In this document: positions 48,478 through 56,874 of the stretch, one piece after another
Numbering within the stretch: the first letter of the stretch is position 1
Layout of the letters: every line of letters starts with the position of its first letter
Assembly (NCBI GenBank): GCA_963755715.1
Contig: CAVWLW010000033.1
Location: forward strand, 256,001-320,000
Reading direction: 5' to 3'
Length of the DNA stretch: 64,000 bases
Source: an uncultured delta proteobacterium
GTDB lineage: Bacteria > Desulfobacterota > Binatia > UBA9968
The notes under the pieces: generated by a model
What the model was told of the DNA's origin: nothing
The model's database searches: none
The model's input: the letters and a program-made list of their open reading frames with translations, nothing else
Position numbers and translations under genes: made by a program

Positions 48478-48597
48478 CGTTCAAATCGTTCAAGCCGTTC
48501 CATCGCTTCGCTCCGTTCCAGTCGTTTTACGGCCGTGTCCGTGGGGCGTGTTCGTGCTCGTGTGGATTTCACGGTCACGATCCACGGACACGATCAC
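48478..48597 (+). repeat. GTTCAA-periodic element followed by a CGTGnn/CACGnn hairpin repeat
   Basis: CGTTCAAATCGTTCAAGCCGTTCCATCGCTTCGCTCCGTTCCAGTCGTT; CGTGTCCGTGG..CGTG..CGTG / CACG..CACG..CCACGGACACG. Confidence 0.65.
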
Positions 48598-48608
48598 AGT
48601 TCATCAGT

Positions 48609-49871
48609 CTAACCATTCCGTTCGGCTTTCCTGCTGTCCAATATCGGGCTGTACTTCTTTGATGCTCCTGTTCGCCGGTCTGATGTATAGGCACGACCAG
48701 CGAGAAAGTTCTTTTCCGTTGGCAGGTGCAGGTAGATGTTTTTCGTCGGGTCGCGAAAAACGTTCATCGGATCTCTGCCACTTTCTATGATTCCTACCTG
48801 CTCCTCCAACAGGTGACGGTAGAGTATGATCCCCTTGTCTGAGCGGCTCAGCGCTTCCGTCGAACGGTCGGCAATCGGTCCCTGAGTCATCCATGCGGCG
48901 ATGTCCTGGCCGCTGTTATTATCCAGGAACTGCCATTGCGGTTGTCCGTTATCGGCCAGTTGCGGTACCGGCACGTCATAAAAGGGGATCTCCTCGGCTG
49001 GCTGCGCTCCTTCGCTTCCGACCTTGCTATAGCAGCGATACCACCAATGGGCCGTGTGCGTGTCGTCGATCGGAACTCGGATTTGAAAGCCGGCGCCGTT
49101 TTTCTTATCGACCACTCCCTGTCTCAACATATTAGGGAAGACGACCGGATGCCCGACTTTCCAGTCGTCATCCTCTTCGGTCTCGCCCTCCACAATACGC
49201 CGCTTCACGATCCCGTACTCGAATCGATCAAAGCCGATCTTCGCGTGCTTCTGGCGCGAGCGCTGAAGATCTCCGTTTCCCATCTGCTCGACCACGTAAT
49301 TGTAGAAGTTCTGATGGAGCCACTCGACATGCACCGGGTCCAGCGAATTCTCCATGATCTGGAGCCAGTTGCAGGGAATGACTGCGTACCCGACGTCGCG
49401 TAGAACATCTTCCATCACGTACAGGTCCCAGCGCGGCAGCAGCGGTTCGGGCAGGGGGCCCAGGTACGCGAGCAGGAGACCGCCCAGTTCCTGGATAGGG
49501 TAGGACTGGATTTTTATTTTCTGCTTAAAGCGGCCTTCCGCATCTTCGGTATCGTCGTAAGGCTGCTCGGTGCAGCGCCCTTGTTTGTCAAACCGCCAAC
49601 CGTGATACGCGCATCTTATGCCGTCGTCATCGGGGATGCCGTACATCATGGACATCTTCCGATGCGGGCAGCGCGGTTCGACCAGCCCATAGTGTCCGGA
49701 GCGATCCTTATAGAGCACCAGATCTTCCCCTAGGATTTTTACTTGGAACGTGTTCCGCTCCTTCATCTGGGAGACCGCCGCTACAGGATGCCAATAACGG
49801 CGAAACAGCTCTCCCATAGGCGTTCCGGGTCCCACTCGAGTCAACTGCTCGTTTTGTTTCTCGGTCAGCAT
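48609..49871 (-). CDS. Rieske non-heme iron oxygenase alpha subunit (phthalate dioxygenase/LigX-like)
   Basis: LTRVGPGTPMGELFRRYW; CPHR..CAYHGWRFD..G.C; CNWLQIMENSLDPVH.EWLH; QD..AW.TQG.IADR.E.L..SD. Confidence 0.93.
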   Translation of the reverse strand: MLTEKQNEQLTRVGPGTPMGELFRRYWHPVAAVSQMKERNTFQVKILGEDLVLYKDRSGHYGLVEPRCPHRKMSMMYGIPDDDGIRCAYHGWRFDKQGRCTEQPYDDTEDAEGRFKQKIKIQSYPIQELGGLLLAYLGPLPEPLLPRWDLYVMEDVLRDVGYAVIPCNWLQIMENSLDPVHVEWLHQNFYNYVVEQMGNGDLQRSRQKHAKIGFDRFEYGIVKRRIVEGETEEDDDWKVGHPVVFPNMLRQGVVDKKNGAGFQIRVPIDDTHTAHWWYRCYSKVGSEGAQPAEEIPFYDVPVPQLADNGQPQWQFLDNNSGQDIAAWMTQGPIADRSTEALSRSDKGIILYRHLLEEQVGIIESGRDPMNVFRDPTKNIYLHLPTEKNFLAGRAYTSDRRTGASKKYSPILDSRKAERNG

Positions 49872-50199
49872 GGCTTCCTCGCTTTGTGTTTAGTTATCCT
49901 TAAGATGTTTTCACGGCTTGGGCAAATTTCTTGCGAATCCTAAATTGAATCAGACTTACCGCGGAGGCGGTGGCAAAGGCGCTGGTTCAAGCCGTTCAAA
50001 TCGATTCCTCAACGTCTTGAACCATGGGAACGTTCTGTTTAAAGCCAGGTCAATCTTAGATCAGCAGGCCTGCCCGCAACAAGAGTATACCCGTCGCCCA
50101 CGCCGAGTTCCCGTCAGACCTGGACAATTTCTTCGAGCTTGGATAGTCATCGAAAACACAGAGTGCCAGGCGCAGCCGTTGCGCGATAGGAGGGAATAG

Positions 50200-51399
50200 A
50201 TGGCAGCAAGCGAACGGGTTTTAGGTGTCGGCGTGATCGGTCTCGGCGGGGCGTCCCTCGCCATGATTCCAAAGTTTGTCCAGAATCCCAACTTTCGCAT
50301 CGCCGCGGCGGCGGATATCGATGCCGAGATCATGGAGCGGTTCCGCAAGGACTTTCCGGATGCGGTGTCCTATGACGATGCGGCCAGGCTGTGCGCGAGC
50401 CGTAACGTTGACCTCGTCTACATTGCGACGCCGAACCGGTTCCACGCCGAACACGCGGCCATGGCCTTGGAGAACAAGAAACACGTTCTCATCGAGAAGC
50501 CGATGACGATCGATATCGCGGGAGCCGAGCAGATGATCGCCACTGCCAAGCGCAACAACGTGTTGTTGGGCGTCAACGTGAAACACAGCTTCGAGCCGCG
50601 CGTGCTGCGCTTGCGCGAGATGACGCGCACCGCCGAACTTGGCAGGCTCCGCATGATCAACAGCTGGCGTTTCGTCGACTGGCTCTACCGCCCGCGCACC
50701 GCCGAAGAGCTGACGCCCGAATTCGGCGGCGGTATCTTGTGGCGCCAGGGAGCACATCACTTTGACTTCATCAGAACGATCGCCGGCGGAATGGTGCGCA
50801 GCCTGCGCGGCACTGTTGACGTCTGGGACCCGAACCGGCGCGTCTCCGGCTGCTACACCGCGTACCTCGACTTCAAAGACGGGACAGTGGCCACCGCGAT
50901 CAATAGCGGGTACGACCACTTTGACTCCAGGGAGTTTGTGCAACGGGGATTTTCGGTGGATCCCGCAAATCATGCCAAGGCGCGGCGCGAATTGCGCGCG
51001 GCGCCCGACGCTGCATGGGAGGAGCGCGCCGCGCGCGAGGAACGCTACGGCGGCGCGCGCACGAGGAGCAACGAACCCCGGCCAGCACAGCCATCCTTGG
51101 GATGGATTATGGGCGGACCGTTGATCGCAAGCTTCGATAAGGGAGACGTGCGCATGACTCCCGGCGGTCTCACCGTATATGGCGACGACGAGTTACGCGA
51201 GATCAAGCTCGGCGTCAAAGGAGAAGACGGCCGCGACGGTCGAATCAACACATTCTACGATGCGATCGTGCGCGGCCGACCGCTGCCCGCCGACGGCGCT
51301 TGGGGAATGGCAACCCTGGAAGTAATCCTAGCGATTGAAGAATCCGCCAGGACGCGTAAGGAAGCCCTTCTCCGGCACCAGATACCGACGATCGATTAG
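50200..51399 (+). CDS. Gfo/Idh/MocA dehydrogenase, phthalate cis-dihydrodiol dehydrogenase-like
   Basis: GVIGLG, YIATP..FH, KHVLIEKPM, DWLYRPR..EEL....GGG....QG.H.FD, GYDHFDS, WGMATLEV. Confidence 0.85.
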   Translation: MAASERVLGVGVIGLGGASLAMIPKFVQNPNFRIAAAADIDAEIMERFRKDFPDAVSYDDAARLCASRNVDLVYIATPNRFHAEHAAMALENKKHVLIEKPMTIDIAGAEQMIATAKRNNVLLGVNVKHSFEPRVLRLREMTRTAELGRLRMINSWRFVDWLYRPRTAEELTPEFGGGILWRQGAHHFDFIRTIAGGMVRSLRGTVDVWDPNRRVSGCYTAYLDFKDGTVATAINSGYDHFDSREFVQRGFSVDPANHAKARRELRAAPDAAWEERAAREERYGGARTRSNEPRPAQPSLGWIMGGPLIASFDKGDVRMTPGGLTVYGDDELREIKLGVKGEDGRDGRINTFYDAIVRGRPLPADGAWGMATLEVILAIEESARTRKEALLRHQIPTID

Positions 51400-51431
51400 C
51401 GAACACGCATCCTCGCGGGCAAACGAAATCC

Positions 51432-51482
51432 CGTTCCAGGCGTTCCAAACGTTCAATCGCTTCGCTCCGTTCAAATCGTTTA
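51432..51482 (+). repeat. GTTCAA-periodic element
   Basis: CGTTCCAGGCGTTCCAAACGTTCAATCGCTTCGCTCCGTTCAAATCGTTTA. Confidence 0.7.
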
Positions 51483-51897
51483 AAGAAACAAAACGTGGAA
51501 CTTCGAAATTCAGGAATTCTCGGAATGAAGGCTAAACGGGTCCTAAACGTTGTCGGCTACCGCGATTCTGTCCCCGGGCCGCCTTTCCATGGGCCGACGA
51601 TTCCGTCGGTGATCCAACCGCCATAGAAATAACCTGGCTGCGGGCGCACGCGCTCGCTGTCGACGAAGCACTCGACGCGACCGGGATAGAAGAAAAGAGT
51701 AGTCTGAAAACCGGGACCGTATATTTACTTTTGAAAGTCAGCATTGGCGTCGCGAAGATTTTTCAAATGCACGCCATTGAATTGTAAAAGTCCAAGCGTT
51801 GCTTGTTGTTTAGGCAACGTCTGATTGCAAACAAAGCATCCGAAATGACCTAGAGATAGTAATCCTTGTTTTTTCAATCGATTTTCAGTTGATGTCT

Positions 51898-51913
51898 TGG
51901 CATACCGCTTGCT
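51898..51913 (+). promoter_or_regulatory. Sigma-54 (-24/-12) promoter
   Basis: TGGCATA-CCGC-TTGCT with correct GG-N10-GC spacing, preceded by an AT-rich tract. Confidence 0.7.
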
Positions 51914-52132
51914 GCCTCACTTTAACGAGTCTCGCGAAAGCGACTGCGGGTAGGACGAAATCGTCTTGCTTCTTCGCTACGCCTGTCGTTAACCGGTACA
52001 TAAACTAATCACTAGCAGGTTACTGAAGATACGAAACGCGTCGATAAACTCGGCATGAACGAGAGAGTTTTTCGCAGCCTGTTATTTACTATGGTGAACG
52101 GATCTAACTTTTCTTGAGGAAGTACGAGAATA

Positions 52133-52832
52133 ATGGACAAAAAAGGGATTATTGTTTCAGCGACGCTTGCGTTATTGACCAGCGGTTGTGCCAATATGAC
52201 CTACAAGCAGCAGGCTGCCCTGAGAGGTGCCGCCGCGGGTACGCTTGTCGGCGGCGGTATCGGGGGCGGCACCGCGGCTCTGACGGGCGATAAAAACCGT
52301 TTCGTAATAGGCGGCGTCGCCGGTGCCACGACAGGTGCCATAATCGGTGGCTTGTTGGGATACTTACTGGCTGAGGAGCCGAAACCCCCGCCCCCCCGCC
52401 TCCTCCTCCCCGCCCCCACCACCGCCGCCGGCAAAGCCAACTCCACCGCCACCGCCACCGCCGCCTCCACCCCCACCACCAGCACCGAAGGTAGAAAGGA
52501 CGATTATTCTGGATGATGTTCTTTTCGACTTTGACAAGAGCACCGTTAAGCCGGAAGCTGCCGCGATCTTGGATCGACTGGTTGGATTCATGAACGAGAA
52601 CAAAAACGCGAAAGTGAGTCTGTCAGGGTACACGGACAACGTTGGAACCGAGGCGTACAACTTAAAACTGTCTGAGAGCCGTTGGATGTCCAGCAAGGAT
52701 TATCTTGTCAAGAAGGGCGTCGACAGCGGCCGTGTCTCGGGTCAAGGGTTCGGTGAAACCAAACCCATAGCTGATAACAAGACGAAGGAAGGTCGCGCGA
52801 AGAATCGACGGGTTGAAATCAAAGTTGAGTAG
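52133..52832 (+). CDS. OmpA-family lipoprotein with glycine zipper and poly-Pro linker (frameshift in C-rich tract)
   Basis: Lipobox LTSGC; GAAAGTLVGGGIG; VLFDFDKS; GYTD.VG..YN.KLSE.R; GFGETKP.ADN.T.EGRAKNRRVEI. Confidence 0.9.
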
Positions 52833-52974
52833 GGAAACCGGTTGGGGCTGACTTCTATGTCTCGACCTTGATTAGCGGCCCAGTCTTTCGGTGCAAGTGT
52901 TCGTCCGAGCTCTTCGGTGTGACAACCGCGAATGAATCGACCACACTTCCGCGGCGCCGATTGTTGTAGATCAT

Positions 52975-53991
52975 TTAACGCGCCGCAGTTTTTTCCAATT
53001 CAAAGGCTTGCGCCAGCAGCTCATAGGAGCGATGGCGCGGAGCGGGATCGTAAGTCCATGTGACCACCACCAACTCGTCGAGGTCTAAACTTTTCGCGAG
53101 TTCTTTCAGGCGCGCGGTCACCTGCGCTGTAGCTCCGACGATCGCTTTGCGGTGCAGCTTCTCGGCAGTCGCCAACTCCGCAGGGGAATACGGGCGGTCG
53201 GCTTCCTCGGGCGGCATGAGTGGCAGGCGGATACCTTGTCGACGATCGATGATTGCGCGTTCGCGAGATTTGAACTGGAACAGCGCTTCTTCTTCCGTAT
53301 CGGCGGCCAGCGCCCAGACGCAAATCGTGGCGATGGGCTTCGGATTATTTTCGCTGGGGCGATAGTTTTTGCGGTAAAGCTCCAGCGCCTGTTCCACGCC
53401 GGTGCCTTCGCTGAAAAAATACGCAAACGCGTAGGGCAAGCCAAAATAGGCGGCGAGTTGAGCGCCGTAGTCTGAACTTCCGAGAATCCACATCTCTGGG
53501 CTTGTCGGCCCCGTGGGCTGAGCAACGACTGTCCTGAAGGGATGGCCCTCAGGCAGCGGAGTTCCCGAAACCCAGTGTTGCAGCTCCTGTACTTGCCGGG
53601 GAAATTGGTCAAGGACGTTCTCAGGATTCGGATTGAGGGCATACGATGTCATCTGGTCCGAGCCGGGGGCGCGTCCGATTCCAAGGTCGATGCGGCCCGG
53701 GGCGATGGCCTCCAAGACGCGGAACTGCTCGGCAACTTTCAACGCGGAATAGTGCGGCAGCATGACGCCCGCGCTGCCTATACGGATACGCGGCGTGGTC
53801 GCCGCGATCGCCGACATGAGTATCTCGGGCGCCGTGCCGACGATACTACCGGAGTTATGGTGCTCCGAGACCCAGTAACGATGATAACCAAGAGCGTCGC
53901 AATGTCGCGCAAGTTCGAGCGTCTCACGGATGGCGATGTCCTGCGCTCTTCCTTTGGACGCCGTCGATTGATCGAGTACTGACAATCGCAT
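52975..53991 (-). CDS. LLM-class (luciferase-like, YhbW-type) flavin monooxygenase
   Basis: MRLSVLDQS, RYWVSEHH, IRIGSAGVMLPHYSALKVAEQF, PGRIDLGIGRAPG, WILGSS. Confidence 0.93.
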   Translation of the reverse strand: MRLSVLDQSTASKGRAQDIAIRETLELARHCDALGYHRYWVSEHHNSGSIVGTAPEILMSAIAATTPRIRIGSAGVMLPHYSALKVAEQFRVLEAIAPGRIDLGIGRAPGSDQMTSYALNPNPENVLDQFPRQVQELQHWVSGTPLPEGHPFRTVVAQPTGPTSPEMWILGSSDYGAQLAAYFGLPYAFAYFFSEGTGVEQALELYRKNYRPSENNPKPIATICVWALAADTEEEALFQFKSRERAIIDRRQGIRLPLMPPEEADRPYSPAELATAEKLHRKAIVGATAQVTARLKELAKSLDLDELVVVTWTYDPAPRHRSYELLAQAFELEKTAAR

Positions 53992-54090
53992 GGGTGTCTG
54001 CTTTCAGAGGGTTCAGTCCCTGAGGGTCAATTCCTTGCAGCTTGCTGAACTTATCCGATTTCCTTAACGAAGTCCGTCATTCAGATTGGT

Positions 54091-55005
54091 TCAGCCAAGC
54101 CGATCGCCGACTTTCAAATTCGCTTGTTTGGCGAATTCCGCGCCGCTCATTTTGGCTCCTTCGCCCCGTAATCTCTTTGCCGTAAGCGTGCTTCCGTGGA
54201 GCGCGATGGTGATTTCTTCGGTGCCGATTGCAGTCACTTGTCCGGCTGGTGTTGAATTACTTCCTGACTGCATTCGCGCGTCGAAAACACGGACCATTTT
54301 CCCTTGCCAAGTTGTGTGCGCACCCGGCTGCGGGTCGCAGCCGCGAATTAAATTATAAACTTGTTGCGCTGGTTTCGACCAATCGATCTTGGCATGCTCA
54401 TCGGCGCAGGGCGGATCGTAGGTCGCTCGTGATTCATCCTGCGCGATGCGCGGCGGGTTGCCTGCGTTGATTAAATCGACAGCTTCAGCGATGGCCTCGA
54501 TGCCGAGTGGAAAGATTCTATTGAAATAGAGCGAGCCCGTGGTGTCGTCGGGTGCGACCTTCACTTCTTTTTGCAGCAAGACGGGACCAGTATCGATGCC
54601 TCGATCGACCCAGAAAAGACTTAGCCCCGTGACGGTCTCGCCCTTGATCAAAGCCCAATTGATCGCGCTGGCGCCGCGATATTTAGGCAGGAGCGACGGA
54701 TGAAAACAAATGCTGCCTAAGCGCGGGACGCTGAACACTTCGGGGGGAACGATAAAGCTTACGAAAGCGAGAATCGCCAGGTCGGCCTCGAGCGCAACAA
54801 ATTCTTCCCTAACTTCCGGGGCTTTGAATGATTTGTGTTGACGAACGGGAATGCCGAGTTGAAGCGCCTTCTGCTTGACCGGATCGAGTTTGCCGCCGGG
54901 CACATCGGGTGGACAGTACACCGCGACGACCTCTTCGCCTTTGCCGAGAAGTTTCTCCAAAGTCTTTTCCGCGAATGCGGCTTGTCCGATGAGAATGATG
55001 CGCAT
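54091..55005 (-). CDS. Formyltransferase-family protein resembling the 10-formyl-THF dehydrogenase N-terminal domain
   Basis: MRIILIGQ..F; FHPSLLPKYRGASAINW; FWVD.GIDTG..LLQKE..V.PDDT..SLY; IRGCDP.PGA. Confidence 0.85.
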   Translation of the reverse strand: MRIILIGQAAFAEKTLEKLLGKGEEVVAVYCPPDVPGGKLDPVKQKALQLGIPVRQHKSFKAPEVREEFVALEADLAILAFVSFIVPPEVFSVPRLGSICFHPSLLPKYRGASAINWALIKGETVTGLSLFWVDRGIDTGPVLLQKEVKVAPDDTTGSLYFNRIFPLGIEAIAEAVDLINAGNPPRIAQDESRATYDPPCADEHAKIDWSKPAQQVYNLIRGCDPQPGAHTTWQGKMVRVFDARMQSGSNSTPAGQVTAIGTEEITIALHGSTLTAKRLRGEGAKMSGAEFAKQANLKVGDRLG

Positions 55006-55040
55006 AGGTTGCTTCTCCTGTTTCTGAATTCTCCACGGAC

Positions 55041-55568
55041 TCATCCGATGATTTTGAAATCGCCACCCAGGTAGCTTTTGCAGAGATTGACATACGTCGA
55101 CGAACCCATTTTGATCCAGTGCAGAGCTTCTCCGGCTAATTCCTTTTTGACTTTCGCCGGCGCGCCGGCGGCAAGCACTCGCGGCGGTATTTTGGTGTGG
55201 GGCACGACGACGCTTCCCGCGGCGATCAGTGCTTCTTCGCCGATCTCGACGTTTTCCAAGAGAGTTACGTTCATGCCGATGATCGCGCCGCGTTTGATCA
55301 GCGGGCCTTCCATGATGGCGCCGTGGCCGATGGTGCAATCGTCCTCGATGATCGTCGGCGCTTCGCCCGAATGCAGCACGCAATTGTCCTGAATGCTGGT
55401 GCGCGCGCCGATGACAATCGGGTTTTGATTTTGGTCCGATCGAAGCACGGCGCCCCACCAGATGCTCGCTTCGTCGCCGACCGTGACGTCGCCGATGATC
55501 ACGGCGGTCGGCGCAATAAAAGCGCTGGGCGAAATCTTCGGTTTCTTGCCTTTGTATTCAATAATCAT
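55041..55568 (-). CDS. Gamma-carbonic-anhydrase-like hexapeptide repeat protein
   Basis: AFIAPTAVIIGDVTVG.EASIW.GAVLR.D..I.IG..TSIQDNCVLH..TIGH; AGAPAK. Confidence 0.9.
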   Translation of the reverse strand: MIIEYKGKKPKISPSAFIAPTAVIIGDVTVGDEASIWWGAVLRSDQNQNPIVIGARTSIQDNCVLHSGEAPTIIEDDCTIGHGAIMEGPLIKRGAIIGMNVTLLENVEIGEEALIAAGSVVVPHTKIPPRVLAAGAPAKVKKELAGEALHWIKMGSSTYVNLCKSYLGGDFKIIG

Positions 55569-55766
55569 CCGGAGAGCCTCCGTTTATTTGAGTCACGATA
55601 TTTGACGGGAGTCAGGAAATCAATAATGGCACGCCTCCGGTGGAATGATTGACACGACAAATCAAAGCCGGTATTGGTTTCCCCGCATTGACAACCCTCA
55701 CCTCATCTCTCTCCGCAAGCGGGCGGGGGAGTCAGATTCGAGCTTTATGGAAGGTTGGTATTTAAA

Positions 55767-56831
55767 ATGAATCGTGCGTTTTTAGCGATGGTCTCCTTCA
55801 TTACGCTTGGCATGGCAGCGCCCGCGCCGGCGCAGAATCGTGACGCGGCGCTTGCGGCGCTCATGAAGTTGCCGGCAGCCGAGCGGCATGCGCGGCTAGT
55901 GGAAGGCGCAAAAAAAGAAAGTGGTTTGGTTTGGTATTCGAGCACGACGGCGGAAGACGCGCTGGCGTTGAGCAAGAAGTTCAACGAGCAACATCCGTCG
56001 ATCCAGATCCAACACCTGCGCTCGTCGAGTGAAAAATTGCTTGAACGGATTCTCGCCGAATCGCGCGCCAACGCGTTCAAGGCGGATATCGTCACGCTGC
56101 CAGAGCTCGAGCTATCGATCATGATCAAGCGCAAGCTCTTGGTACGATATGAAGGCGTGGAAAATTCTCTCTACCCGCCGGAAAGCAAAGATCCGCACAA
56201 CTATTGGACCGGACTGTACACTTCAGCTTGGGTGCCGGCGCACAATACCAAGATGGTTTCCAAAGACGCCGCGCCGAAATCGTACAAAGATTTGCTCAAT
56301 CCCAAATGGAAGGGCGGGATCGCCATGGACACCGAGCCGTACAATTGGTTCGTGGTTTCGCTGCGCTATTTGGAGCGGCGCGACGGCAAAGAAGCGGCGC
56401 TGGATTTCATGAAAAAACTCGCGGCGCAGCAAATGCAATGGCGCAAAGGGCATTCGTTAATTGGACAACTGATGGCCGCTGGTGAATTTCCGCTCGCGGC
56501 GGAATTGCAGGTGCACACGGTGGAGCGCGCGAAAGCGCAGGGCGCGCCGGTGGAATGGTCGGTGTTGGACGGCGTAATTCCGATTTCCAAAGTCGCCGCC
56601 GCGGTTACGAGCACCGGCGCGAATATTTACACCGCGGCATTGTTTTACGATTTTCTGCTGTCACGGCCCGGCATGGAGACGATCCGCGCGAGCCGGCGAA
56701 TTCCGACGCGTCCCGACGTCACCGCGCCTTATTTGAAACCCTACAAGCTTTTGCCGTTCGAGCAGTCGGTGATGGATGACTTCGACAAGTACGTGGCGTT
56801 GTTTCGCGAGACGTTTAAACCGGCTCAGTGA
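55767..56831 (+). CDS. Extracellular solute-binding protein (AfuA/FbpA-like cluster)
   Basis: Signal peptide; LVEGAKKE..LVWYSS; APKSYKDLLNPKWKG; GHSL..QLMAAGEF. Confidence 0.88.
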   Translation: MNRAFLAMVSFITLGMAAPAPAQNRDAALAALMKLPAAERHARLVEGAKKESGLVWYSSTTAEDALALSKKFNEQHPSIQIQHLRSSSEKLLERILAESRANAFKADIVTLPELELSIMIKRKLLVRYEGVENSLYPPESKDPHNYWTGLYTSAWVPAHNTKMVSKDAAPKSYKDLLNPKWKGGIAMDTEPYNWFVVSLRYLERRDGKEAALDFMKKLAAQQMQWRKGHSLIGQLMAAGEFPLAAELQVHTVERAKAQGAPVEWSVLDGVIPISKVAAAVTSTGANIYTAALFYDFLLSRPGMETIRASRRIPTRPDVTAPYLKPYKLLPFEQSVMDDFDKYVALFRETFKPAQ

Positions 56832-56836
56832 AAAAT

Positions 56837-56860
56837 AGGGGGCGCAGCATGCTGCGCCCT
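56837..56860. repeat. GTAG-type REP-like hairpin or bidirectional terminator
   Basis: TAGGGGGCGCAGCATGCTGCGCCCT between convergent genes. Confidence 0.6.
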
Positions 56861-56874
56861 CGGAATCATTCGGA

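Noticed and set aside
28662-51482. GTTCAA repeats as a CRISPR array or integron attC sites
   Set aside because: No constant repeat-spacer periodicity, no cas or intI gene, and no RYYYAAC...GTTRRRY palindromic structure.
52380-52490. C-rich low-complexity tract as a non-coding repeat
   Set aside because: It encodes the poly-proline linker of the OmpA lipoprotein.
54091-55458. 455-aa extended formyltransferase ORF
   Set aside because: The extension overlaps the gamma-CA gene in another frame; the real start is MRIILIG at 55005 with RBS AGGAG.
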